Shown in pieces: positions 48,737 through 57,333 of a stretch of 64,000 nucleotides of DNA. Position 1 is the first letter of the stretch. Every line of letters starts with the position of its first letter. A program made the position numbers and the translations under genes. The notes under the pieces were generated by a model that did no database searches, had not been told where the DNA came from, and saw nothing but the letters and a program-made list of their open reading frames with translations. This stretch comes from Polyangiales bacterium (GTDB lineage Bacteria; Myxococcota_A; Polyangia; Polyangiales; Houyiibacteriaceae). The stretch lies in assembly GCA_045106895.1 (NCBI GenBank), contig JBGCFM010000024.1, forward strand, positions 77,931-141,930. The letters are read 5' to 3'.

Positions 48737-49141
48737 CTATCGACGTATTGGTGCGCGGCCGTAGCGGGCCATCGGAGCCATATCGGGAGCAGGCTCGGGA
48801 TCGAAGGGTTCGGCTTCCGGCTCCGGCTCCGGCTCTGGCTCCGGAGTCGCGATGGGTTCGGGCTCTACTTCGGGTTCAGGGTCCGCCTCGGGTTCAACGG
48901 CGGGTTCAACGGCGGACTCTACAGCAGGCTCGTTGGCCGGCTCTTCCGCCGCCGGCTCCGCTCCGCCGCAGGCCATCGCGAAGAGTGATGCCGCGAGGAG
49001 CGCTCCCCGTCGTGACTTCGGCGTTTTCTGATCGCAGAAAGGGCAGGCCGTCGCGCTAGGCGATTCGCCTGCCTGAACATGCCTTCGGCAGCCGGTGCAG
49101 CGCGTCAGTCCATCTGTCGAAACTCGTTTTTCTACGCTCAT
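48737..49141 (-). CDS. Putative rSAM substrate (precursor 2): paralog ending ARYGRAPIRR
   Basis: GGAGA RBS; CTGC...CPFC; SRRGALLAASLFAMAC; (PE)n; the single Tyr lies in an RYG motif. Confidence 0.85.
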   Translation of the reverse strand: MSVEKRVSTDGLTRCTGCRRHVQAGESPSATACPFCDQKTPKSRRGALLAASLFAMACGGAEPAAEEPANEPAVESAVEPAVEPEADPEPEVEPEPIATPEPEPEPEPEAEPFDPEPAPDMAPMARYGRAPIRR

Positions 49142-49230
49142 TCTTCAGTCTCCAAGGCTTGGGACAGGATACGTGAGCACTTCCTTGGCACCAAGCTCAA
49201 CTTTCTCGAGTCCGTGGTGTCCGAGGAAGC

Positions 49231-50403
49231 GTGAACTCTCGGCTGAAGCGCTCACTATTCGGCTTCATCGCCCTCGATTGTCTGGGTTTGGTCCTTCTCA
49301 TCAGTGCCGCTCACCTCAGCCCGGGGGCCAGCATCCTGGTCTGTTTGGTCCACGGTTTTGTGGCGTTCGGCGCGATCCTCATGACCGCCCTGGGGCGGCT
49401 ACCTCGCCCTGACCATGTGCGTTTCGCAGCGCTTGTGTGCGGCGTCCTCTTCGTGGGTCTTCTCCTGGCAGCCTTCACCTACATCGCGGCGTCGCAGCCG
49501 GACTATCTCGCCTTCGCGCCGGAGGAGCGCTACGGCTTCCGCGACGCTAAGGCGGCCCATCTAGCGCTGCTCGCCTGCACTTGTTTGGTCTTCTTGCTCG
49601 TCGCTGGGAAGTCCGAGTGGATCACATACATCGCTACCCGCAAGGCCTTCGTTGTGGCCCAAGTCCTCCTTGTCGTTGTTTGGGTCACCGCGTTCGCACG
49701 TATCCTTTCCACCGATGACTTTCCGCCGAGCGACATTTTGCCAGAGGGTTGCGTGGCTCTGTCCCTCGACGATTCGCTGAATCGTTGGCCTGCTGGGCAC
49801 ATCGTGATGGGCCTAAAGCCAGTTCAAGCGACCACTTTTTCAGTCCGCAACGGTGTCTCTTTGACGGCGTCTTCCCGTGATTCCTACTGCTTGGTCACCG
49901 GCAAGCACCGCTACACATTCCTCGACGCAAACCTGCGTCGGGGTCCCCCCACCACTCACATCTCCGAGTGGCTCGAGGGCACATCGATGATTTCGGCCTG
50001 GGCGTCGCCCTTCGTGCTTCTCTTCTGGGGCCTCATCTGCGCTCTGAGCCATTCTCGCTGGCGCAGGCTTCGTGGACTTCATCTCGGAGGCATCTGGCGA
50101 GGACGCACAGATGAACCAAGCGTCGAAGTAGACGGCGAGACCTACCGGGTACGTCTGTCGCCGAAAACGAAACCCATCGTGTTCAGCGATGGGGACCTTT
50201 GCGTGCTCTTTGCCACGCGCGCTTCCGGCCAAAAACCAGGGCCCTACCGAGCCCGCGAGACGCTTCACGTGAAGCGCTGCTTCCGCGGAAGTTGGTCGGA
50301 CTTAGAAGAACGTCATCGCGTGAATAGGCGAGGTCTCAGCATCCTCGCTCTCAGCGTCCTGTGGGTGTTGAGCGCGACGGCCATCGAGCTGATCTTCGTC
50401 TGA
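49231..50403 (+). CDS. Hypothetical multi-pass membrane protein
   Basis: About 7 hydrophobic segments; GPYR motif near the C-terminus; divergent from the RiPP-like cluster. Confidence 0.6.
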   Translation: MNSRLKRSLFGFIALDCLGLVLLISAAHLSPGASILVCLVHGFVAFGAILMTALGRLPRPDHVRFAALVCGVLFVGLLLAAFTYIAASQPDYLAFAPEERYGFRDAKAAHLALLACTCLVFLLVAGKSEWITYIATRKAFVVAQVLLVVVWVTAFARILSTDDFPPSDILPEGCVALSLDDSLNRWPAGHIVMGLKPVQATTFSVRNGVSLTASSRDSYCLVTGKHRYTFLDANLRRGPPTTHISEWLEGTSMISAWASPFVLLFWGLICALSHSRWRRLRGLHLGGIWRGRTDEPSVEVDGETYRVRLSPKTKPIVFSDGDLCVLFATRASGQKPGPYRARETLHVKRCFRGSWSDLEERHRVNRRGLSILALSVLWVLSATAIELIFV

Positions 50404-50446
50404 AGGAACTGCCCCGTTTCTCCGAATCACGCACTAGAGTGCCCTC

Positions 50447-51859
50447 ATGGAGTCACCGTATCTCGAAGGGTCTTTCGCTCCCGCGCCGGCGGAGACCTCG
50501 TCTGTTTCACTGAAGGTCCTCGAAGGGGAGGTGCCGCGGGATCTCTTCGGAAGCTACGTTCGCAACGGCCCGAATCCGGCGTTTGTCGCCGAAGGGCGTC
50601 ATCACTGGTTCGACGGCGACGGCATGCTGCATGCGCTTCGCTTCGAAGATGGCGAAGTCCGCTACCAGAGCCGCTGGGTTCAGACGCCTTCTCTGGCGCA
50701 GGAGCAAAGCGAGGGACGCGCCCTCTGGAAGGGGCTCCTTGAGTCGACGCGAGACAACCCGGACAAACGCTACAAGGACACGGGGAATACAGACGTCATC
50801 GCTTATGGCAACGAGCTGCTGGCGTTTCACTACATGGGCGGCGCCGCGTGGCGTCTGGATGGCCAAACACTCGAGACTCTCGGGCGACTCGAGGTGCCCT
50901 CGCGACTGAGCGCTCACGCCAAGGTCGACGCTGTCAGCGGCGAGCTCCTCTACTTTGACTATGGCGCCCAGGCGCCCTTTCTCACTTTCGGGTCCGTCGG
51001 AAAAGACGGCGGCCACGTGTCCCACGAAGCTCCCGTTGAGCGCCCCGTGTTTCCCCACGATATGGCGTTCACTTCGCGCTTTGGCGTGCTCATGGCGCCG
51101 CCGGTCTTCTTGAGCGCCAAGCACGCAGCTGCCGGCCGCTGGGGCGTGGAAGAAGACCCGGATGAGCCCTTTCGCTTCCTCTTGATGCCTCGGCATGAAA
51201 GCGCAGGCGAAATCCGCGTTTTCGAGGCGTCGCCCTGTTACGTCTACCACGTGGTGGATGCGTGGGATGACGGCGACGCGGTGGAGCTCGTCGGTTTTCG
51301 CTGCCCTAAGCTCTTCCCCAAGTCGGACCCGTCGGAGGGCGTCCTCGGCGTCATGATGGCCAACCTGCGGCTGCGCGCGACGCTTCATCGCTGGCGTTTC
51401 GACCTCGTCACCGGCGAGACCACGGAGGAGCCCCTAGACGATCGAAACGCGGAGTTCCCCACGGTGGACCTGCGTCGACAGGGGCTTGGTTGCAAACACG
51501 CGTACGCGATGACGATCCCGCTCACGACTGCGCGTCTTCGCTTCGACGGCGTCCTCAAGTACGCGGTGAAAAGCGGGGCTACGGCCGCGGAGCACACTTT
51601 TGGTCCTGGACGAACTGGAAGCGAGGTGAGCTTCGCGCCGCGTGAAGGGTCCAGCGTTGACGGTGACGCCGAAGACGACGGCTACCTGGTGAGCCTGGTC
51701 CAAGACGAGGACGCCGGACGCTCCGAAGCGGTGGTCCTTCACGCCGAGACCCTGGAGCTTGCCTGCCGCTTGGCGATCCCAACGCGCGTCCCCCTCGGGT
51801 TTCACGCCTGCTGGGCACCAGGTGCTGCTTCTGGAGTCGCATCGCCAGGAGCAGCATGA
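50447..51859 (+). CDS. Carotenoid/lignostilbene cleavage oxygenase (RPE65 family)
   Basis: YVRNGPNP, HWFDGDGM; four Fe-ligand His (SAHAK, PHDM, YHVV, GFHA); EFP; EDDGYL. Confidence 0.93.
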   Translation: MESPYLEGSFAPAPAETSSVSLKVLEGEVPRDLFGSYVRNGPNPAFVAEGRHHWFDGDGMLHALRFEDGEVRYQSRWVQTPSLAQEQSEGRALWKGLLESTRDNPDKRYKDTGNTDVIAYGNELLAFHYMGGAAWRLDGQTLETLGRLEVPSRLSAHAKVDAVSGELLYFDYGAQAPFLTFGSVGKDGGHVSHEAPVERPVFPHDMAFTSRFGVLMAPPVFLSAKHAAAGRWGVEEDPDEPFRFLLMPRHESAGEIRVFEASPCYVYHVVDAWDDGDAVELVGFRCPKLFPKSDPSEGVLGVMMANLRLRATLHRWRFDLVTGETTEEPLDDRNAEFPTVDLRRQGLGCKHAYAMTIPLTTARLRFDGVLKYAVKSGATAAEHTFGPGRTGSEVSFAPREGSSVDGDAEDDGYLVSLVQDEDAGRSEAVVLHAETLELACRLAIPTRVPLGFHACWAPGAASGVASPGAA

Positions 51860-53085
51860 CGATTTTCGTACTCGGCGGCGCCCAAACGGACTTTGCCCGA
51901 CGTTGGTCGCGGGAGAACTTGGGCATCTTCGACGGCATGGGCGAGGTGCTTCGCGAGGGCGCGCAGCGGGCGAAAGTCGAGCTCTCGGATATCGACGTGA
52001 CCCACGTGGGCAACTTCGCCGGCGAACAGTTCACGGGGCAAGGCCATCTGGGCGGTTTCGTCGCATCCCTCGACGCGTCGCTCATCGGAAAACCCGCCTC
52101 CCGGCACGAAGCCGCTTGCGCCTCGGGCAGTGTCGCGATTCTGGCGGCGATGGCGGACATCGACGCGGGCTACTACGACCTCGCCTGCGTCCTCGGCGTC
52201 GAAGAGATGCGCAATGTAGATGGCGAACAAGCCGCCAAACACCTCGGCGCCGCCGCGTGGGTGGGCAAAGAAGCGCAAGACGCGCGCTACCTGTGGCCCT
52301 TCATGTTCAACGAGCTCATCGACATCGTCGAGCAGCGCCATGGCCTCGATGAGCGCCATCTCTGGGCTTTCTCCGAGATGGCATACGAAAACGCGAAGCG
52401 AAACCCGCTCGCACAATCACGGAAGTGGACCTTTGGTGAGTCCAGCTTCAGCGCCGACGCGGAAGCCAACCCGTCCATTGAAGGGCGCATTCGTCGGCAG
52501 GACTGCGGTCAGGTCACGGACGGAGCCGCGTCCGTTTTCCTCGCGTCGGAAGCCTTCGCGACGAAGTGGGCGACGCGTCACGGCGTCTCCCTCGACTCCG
52601 TCCCGCGCCTCTTGGGCTGGGGTCATCGGGTGGGACCGATGAGTCTCCAGGAGAAGCTCGAGCTGCAGCCTAAGAGCGACGAAGTGCTCTTTCCTCACGT
52701 GCGAAGTGCCGTCCTGGATGCCCGACGCCGCGCCGCGCTGCAGTCAAGCAGCGACGCCGTCGACGCGATTGAGTTGCACGACTGTTTTTCCGTCACAGGC
52801 TATGTGCTCCTCGAGCACCTCGGCCTCGCGCCGGCAGGCCGCGCCTTTGAAGCCATCGAAGACGGGCGAGTCGCGCGCGGCGGGAGCTGTCCCGTGAACC
52901 CCAGCGGCGGACTCATAGGGCTCGGCCACCCCGTTGGCGCCACCGGCGTCCGCATGCTTCTCGATGGCTGGCGCCAAGTCAGCGGCCGCGCCGAAGACAT
53001 GCAGGTAGAGGGCGCGAAACGCCTTCAGACGCTCAACATTGGCGGCAGCGCCACCACCGCTGTCTCGTTCATTGTTGGGTTTTGA
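51856..53085 (+). CDS. SCP2-type (HDCF) thiolase
   Basis: RHEAACASG, ELHDCF, NPSGGLIGLGHPVGATG, NIGGS; ATGA overlap. Confidence 0.9.
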   Translation: MTIFVLGGAQTDFARRWSRENLGIFDGMGEVLREGAQRAKVELSDIDVTHVGNFAGEQFTGQGHLGGFVASLDASLIGKPASRHEAACASGSVAILAAMADIDAGYYDLACVLGVEEMRNVDGEQAAKHLGAAAWVGKEAQDARYLWPFMFNELIDIVEQRHGLDERHLWAFSEMAYENAKRNPLAQSRKWTFGESSFSADAEANPSIEGRIRRQDCGQVTDGAASVFLASEAFATKWATRHGVSLDSVPRLLGWGHRVGPMSLQEKLELQPKSDEVLFPHVRSAVLDARRRAALQSSSDAVDAIELHDCFSVTGYVLLEHLGLAPAGRAFEAIEDGRVARGGSCPVNPSGGLIGLGHPVGATGVRMLLDGWRQVSGRAEDMQVEGAKRLQTLNIGGSATTAVSFIVGF

Positions 53086-53087
53086 AG

Positions 53088-54206
53088 ATGGACGTTTTCC
53101 TCGTCGATGCACTTCGAACGCCGCGGGCCAAGGCGCGCGAGAGCGGCGGGCTTCATGCGTATCGTCCCGTCGAGCTCATTGATGCTCTGGCCAAGGAGCT
53201 CGAGGCCCGCCACGGCGCGCTGGCCGCTCAAGACCTGATCCTCGGCTGCGCCACGCAGACCGGAGACCAAGGCACCAACGTCGCGAGGCTGGCGGCGCTC
53301 TGGTCAGGCCTTGGCGATGAGGTCCCCGGGCTCACGCTCAACCGCTTCTGCACTTCCGGTCTCGACGCCATTGGCCTCGCCGCTGGAAAGCTCGGTCTCG
53401 GTGACGAAGTGGTCTTGGCCGGCGGCGTGGAGATGCCTTCGCGCGTCCCGATGTTCGCGGACAAGGGCGCCTGGTCGCGGGACGCCAAGGTCGCTGAGCG
53501 CACGCGCTTCGTCCACATGGGCGTGGCGGCGGACCTCTTGGCGACGGAGCACGGAATCACCCGGGAAGAGCTCGACGGGTATGCGCTTCGGTCTCAGGAG
53601 CGCGCCGCCACAGACGTCGGTCATCCAAGCCGCGTTGCCGTGGGCGAGTGCGAAAAGGACGAGACCGCTCGGCCGAGTACGAGCGCTGCAAGCCTGGCTT
53701 CCCTCGGGCCTGCCTACGCGGAGTTAGAGGGACCGGCGCGCGATGCGCTTCACACCATCGCGACTTCGCCGGCGTTGGCCGATGGTGCGTCGCTGTCCCT
53801 GCTTGCGAATCGCGGCGCTTGCGCGGCGAAGGGTTGGACCCCGCGGGCGCGTCTTCGAAGTTACGCGAGCGTGGCTGTCGACCCACTTCGGATGCTCCAT
53901 GGAAACCCCAGGGCGTCACGTCTGGCGCTGGACCGTGCGGGTCTGAGCGTCGGTGACGTGGACCTCTGGGAGGTGAACGAGTCCTTCGCGGTGGTGCCGC
54001 TGCTCTTCGAGCGCGAGATGAACGTGCGGGATGGGTTCAACATCCACGGCGGCGCCATCGCGCTGGGGCATCCTCTTGGCGCCACCGGTGGGGTGCTAAC
54101 GAGCACCCTCGTCGACGCGCTTCATCGAGAGGACAAGACCTTCGGCGTGGTCAGCATCTGCGGGGGAGCCGGAGTCGCCAGCGCCCTCGTGTGGGAGCGG
54201 GTCTGA
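53088..54206 (+). CDS. Acetyl-CoA C-acyltransferase (thiolase)
   Basis: RTP, LNRFCTSG, EVNESF, GGAIALGHPLGATG, ICGGAG. Confidence 0.93.
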   Translation: MDVFLVDALRTPRAKARESGGLHAYRPVELIDALAKELEARHGALAAQDLILGCATQTGDQGTNVARLAALWSGLGDEVPGLTLNRFCTSGLDAIGLAAGKLGLGDEVVLAGGVEMPSRVPMFADKGAWSRDAKVAERTRFVHMGVAADLLATEHGITREELDGYALRSQERAATDVGHPSRVAVGECEKDETARPSTSAASLASLGPAYAELEGPARDALHTIATSPALADGASLSLLANRGACAAKGWTPRARLRSYASVAVDPLRMLHGNPRASRLALDRAGLSVGDVDLWEVNESFAVVPLLFEREMNVRDGFNIHGGAIALGHPLGATGGVLTSTLVDALHREDKTFGVVSICGGAGVASALVWERV

Positions 54207-54210
54207 CGCT

Positions 54211-54411
54211 CTAGTAGCGGCGACGGCGGCGTGGTGGGCTCGGTCGACGCACACGAACCGGGACAAGTTTGGGCTCCGGAGCCATGAATTCCGAGAGCTT
54301 CTCGGCAATTTGCTGGAGTCCACCGCGAATTTTGTCGGCGATTTGGTCGGTCAGGGGTTCGCTCTTCTTCGAATCGCTCACCTGTTCATCGTTGGGCCGT
54401 GGAGTCGTCAT
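54211..54411 (-). CDS. Small hypothetical protein (66 aa)
   Basis: 3' end of track ORF 54211..54981, from ATG 54411; amphipathic helix then PEPKLVPVRVRRP; fills the gap between thiolase and the cNMP gene. Confidence 0.55.
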   Translation of the reverse strand: MTTPRPNDEQVSDSKKSEPLTDQIADKIRGGLQQIAEKLSEFMAPEPKLVPVRVRRPSPPRRRRRY

Positions 54412-54513
54412 GTCAACATGTGTGTTCGAAAGATGCACACCCGCCGCGAAAGTGCAGAGGGGAAAGCTGCGTGTAACTGGGCCAAACGGCCGATTGCCGG
54501 CTATTTTAAGAAC

Positions 54514-55008
54514 GTGACTCACCCATCGACGATTCCCACAGGCGGCCGTGCCCTCAACGCAAGCGACTTGGCAGCCCTCACGGAGCAGATGTCTGCCATC
54601 GTTGAGTCGAGCCATCTTTTTAAGTCCCTGGATGACGAGGGTCGTAAGGCCATCTTCGAGTGCGGCTTCCTCCAGAGCTTCAACGCCGAAGACATCCTGA
54701 TGAAGCAGGACCAAGAGGGCGACTCGATGTTCCTCGTCTTCAACGGCACCGTCACCGTCGAGACCGACACCGCCGGCGGAACGATCCAGCTCGCCGAGCT
54801 TGGCCGCGGCGCATGCGTCGGTGAGGTCTCGGTTCTGATGGGAGGCCCTCGCACAGCGACGGTCACGGCGAAGACGGAAGTCGATGCCATCAGTTTTGCC
54901 CGCCATCGCATCGAGCGAGTTCTCGAGCAGTACCCGAAGGTTCGGGAAGTTCTTGAGAAGCTTGTCGAGAGCCGCGCTCACGACACCATCGAAAAAATCA
55001 TCGGGTAG
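54514..55008 (+). CDS. Stand-alone cyclic nucleotide-binding domain protein
   Basis: LFKSL, GDSMFLV..G.V.V, LG.G..VGEVSVL.GGPRTATV. Confidence 0.9.
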   Translation: MTHPSTIPTGGRALNASDLAALTEQMSAIVESSHLFKSLDDEGRKAIFECGFLQSFNAEDILMKQDQEGDSMFLVFNGTVTVETDTAGGTIQLAELGRGACVGEVSVLMGGPRTATVTAKTEVDAISFARHRIERVLEQYPKVREVLEKLVESRAHDTIEKIIG

Positions 55009-55039
55009 GCGCCCGGACGAGTGGCCCTAAGGTAGCGCG

Positions 55040-56473
55040 ATGCATGTTCACCTCATTGGCGTTTGCGGCACGGGAATGGGCGCCTTTGCCGGTCTGCTCA
55101 AGGCAGCCGGTCACCGCGTGACAGGCAGCGACTCCTCCTTTGCGCCACCCATGGGCCCTGCGCTCCAGCGCTACGGCGTGGAGACGATGGAGGGACCGAA
55201 CCCGGACAACCTGAGCCCTGCGCCAGATCTTGTCGTCGTGGGAAACGTCTGCCGAAGCACGAACGTGGAAGCCCGCGCCGCCATCGACGGCGGCCTTGAA
55301 TACCGCTCTTTTCCAGCCCTCATGGAAGAGCTCTTTCTCAAGAACCGGCGCTCGTTTGTCATGGCTGGCACCCACGGGAAGACCACAACGACGAGCTTGA
55401 TGGCGTTCTTGCTCCGCGAAGTGGGCCAAGACCCGGGCCTCCTCGTTGGCGGCCTGCCCCTCGATTTTGCCGAGAGCTTTCGTCTCGGGAGCGAGACTTC
55501 TCCTTTTGTCATTGAGGGCGACGAGTACGACTGCGCGTTCTTCGAGAAGTCGCCGAAGTTCTGGCGTTACAACCCCCACGCCGTGCTCCTGACCTCGGCG
55601 GAGCATGACCACATCGACATATACCCCGATGGCGAGAGCTACGAAGCGGCGTTTCATGGGCTCATCGATCGCATCCCGGAAGACGGTCTTCTCGTCGCCT
55701 ACGCGGGAGACGAAGCCGTTCGCCGAATCGCCGCCCGGGCCAAGTGCCGCGTGAGCTTCTACGCCTTGGATGGCGATGATTGCGGCGACGTATCGCCGAT
55801 CTGGATGGGCGCCCTTGCGCCTGGCGGCGGTGGCGTCACGCCCATCGATTTGTACGGCGGTGGCTCCATGATGGGACGGATTCATTTTCCGATGAGCGGA
55901 CATCACAACGCACGAAACCTGGTCGGCGTGCTGGCGCTCGCGGCGGAAGGCGCCGGGGCAGACCTCGCCAGCTTGATGAAAGCGAGCGCGCGTTTCTCCG
56001 GCGTGCGGCGACGCCAAGACCTCCTCGCCGTCGCCGGCGGCGTTCACGTCTACGACGACTTTGCCCACCACCCCACGGCGGTCTTCGAGACCCTCCGAGG
56101 CATTCGAAGCGTGCACCCCAAAGGACGGCTCCTCGTCGCCTTCGAGCCACGGAGCGCCACGGCATCGCGGCGGCTCCACCAAGAGCTCTACGCCGAGGCG
56201 TTCGCGCCAGCGGACCTGTCGATTCTTGCGCCCGTGGGCAGAAAAGAGATCGCCGAAGCCGAGCGACTCGACACCACGCAGATCGCTCTGGAGATCAACG
56301 AAGCCGGCGGACAAGCCGTGGCGCCGGAAAGCCTCGAAGAGACCTTGGCTGCGATCACCCGTGAAGCGAAGGCCGGCGATACGGTTGTGCTGATGTCGAA
56401 TGGAACTTTTGGCGGCCTCTACGACGAGGTCATCGCGGCGCTGACGCCTCTACGAACGAAAGAAACGAAGTGA
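55040..56473 (+). CDS. mpl: Murein peptide ligase (Mpl/MurC-like)
   Basis: IGVCGTGMG, GTHGKTTTT, IEGDEYD.AFF.K.PKF, DDFAHHPTA, FEPRS, MSNGTFGG. Confidence 0.9.
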   Translation: MHVHLIGVCGTGMGAFAGLLKAAGHRVTGSDSSFAPPMGPALQRYGVETMEGPNPDNLSPAPDLVVVGNVCRSTNVEARAAIDGGLEYRSFPALMEELFLKNRRSFVMAGTHGKTTTTSLMAFLLREVGQDPGLLVGGLPLDFAESFRLGSETSPFVIEGDEYDCAFFEKSPKFWRYNPHAVLLTSAEHDHIDIYPDGESYEAAFHGLIDRIPEDGLLVAYAGDEAVRRIAARAKCRVSFYALDGDDCGDVSPIWMGALAPGGGGVTPIDLYGGGSMMGRIHFPMSGHHNARNLVGVLALAAEGAGADLASLMKASARFSGVRRRQDLLAVAGGVHVYDDFAHHPTAVFETLRGIRSVHPKGRLLVAFEPRSATASRRLHQELYAEAFAPADLSILAPVGRKEIAEAERLDTTQIALEINEAGGQAVAPESLEETLAAITREAKAGDTVVLMSNGTFGGLYDEVIAALTPLRTKETK

Positions 56474-57267
56474 CCCCCCAAGAGCTCGCGGCATTCGCCC
56501 AAGAAGTTGCCACGGAGGCCGCTGCCCTCGCCATGCAAGGCTTTCGCAAGCGCCCCACAGCCACTAAGAAGGGCGCCATCGATCTTCTGACGGAATACGA
56601 CGTCGCCGCCGAGGAGCTGATCCGCGCACGAATCACGGAGCGCTTTCCGGAGCATCGCGTCATCGGCGAAGAAGCCGGGATGAGCGGCGGGGTCGAGGGC
56701 GGCGAACACATTTGGTACGTCGACCCCATCGACGGAACCACCAACTTCGCCCACGGACACCCGTTCTTCTGTACCTCCATCGCGCACTACGTTGGAGACA
56801 CACCGACGGCCGCGGCCGTCGTCGCGCCGGCTCTTGGAACGACCTGGAGCGCAGCCGCGGGTCAACCTGCGCTGCGAAATGGCGAGGTGTGCAAAGTGAG
56901 CGAGACGGCGATCCTCGGCGACGCTCTCTGCGCCACGGGTTTCCCCTACGACCGCTGGACGAATCAAGACAACAACGAGCGTGAGTTCGGCGTCATGCTC
57001 AAGAAAACCCGCGGCATCCGTCGCTGCGGCAGCGCGGCCATCGACCTCTGTCTCGTCGCCGACGGTACCTACGACCTCTACTGGGAGCAGAGCCTCAAGC
57101 CTTGGGACATGTGCGGCGGCGCGCTCATCGTGGCGTCCGCGGGTGGTCGCCTCACGGACTACGACGGCGGGCCCGCAGACCCTCGCGAGGGCCGAGTCGT
57201 GGCCTCGTGTGGAGGCGTGCATGACGAAGTGCTCAAGCTCTTGCAGCAGGCCCGCGAGGGCATGTAG
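56470..57267 (+). CDS. suhB: Inositol monophosphatase family protein (SuhB-like)
   Basis: GEE, WYVDPIDGTTNFAHG, TGFPY, RRCGSAA, WD...G. Confidence 0.9.
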   Translation: MTPQELAAFAQEVATEAAALAMQGFRKRPTATKKGAIDLLTEYDVAAEELIRARITERFPEHRVIGEEAGMSGGVEGGEHIWYVDPIDGTTNFAHGHPFFCTSIAHYVGDTPTAAAVVAPALGTTWSAAAGQPALRNGEVCKVSETAILGDALCATGFPYDRWTNQDNNEREFGVMLKKTRGIRRCGSAAIDLCLVADGTYDLYWEQSLKPWDMCGGALIVASAGGRLTDYDGGPADPREGRVVASCGGVHDEVLKLLQQAREGM

Positions 57268-57333
57268 CTCGCCGCCGCCGGTCGCTGTCGCCCGCCGACT
57301 TGATTTTGCGCCCTGGGCCGCAATGCTCAAGGC

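Noticed and set aside
49142..49230. Sigma-54 or ECF promoter for the RiPP-like cluster
   Set aside because: TTGGCAC is present but has no correctly spaced -12 TGC, and no convincing element is shared with the region upstream of precursor 1 beyond the RBS.
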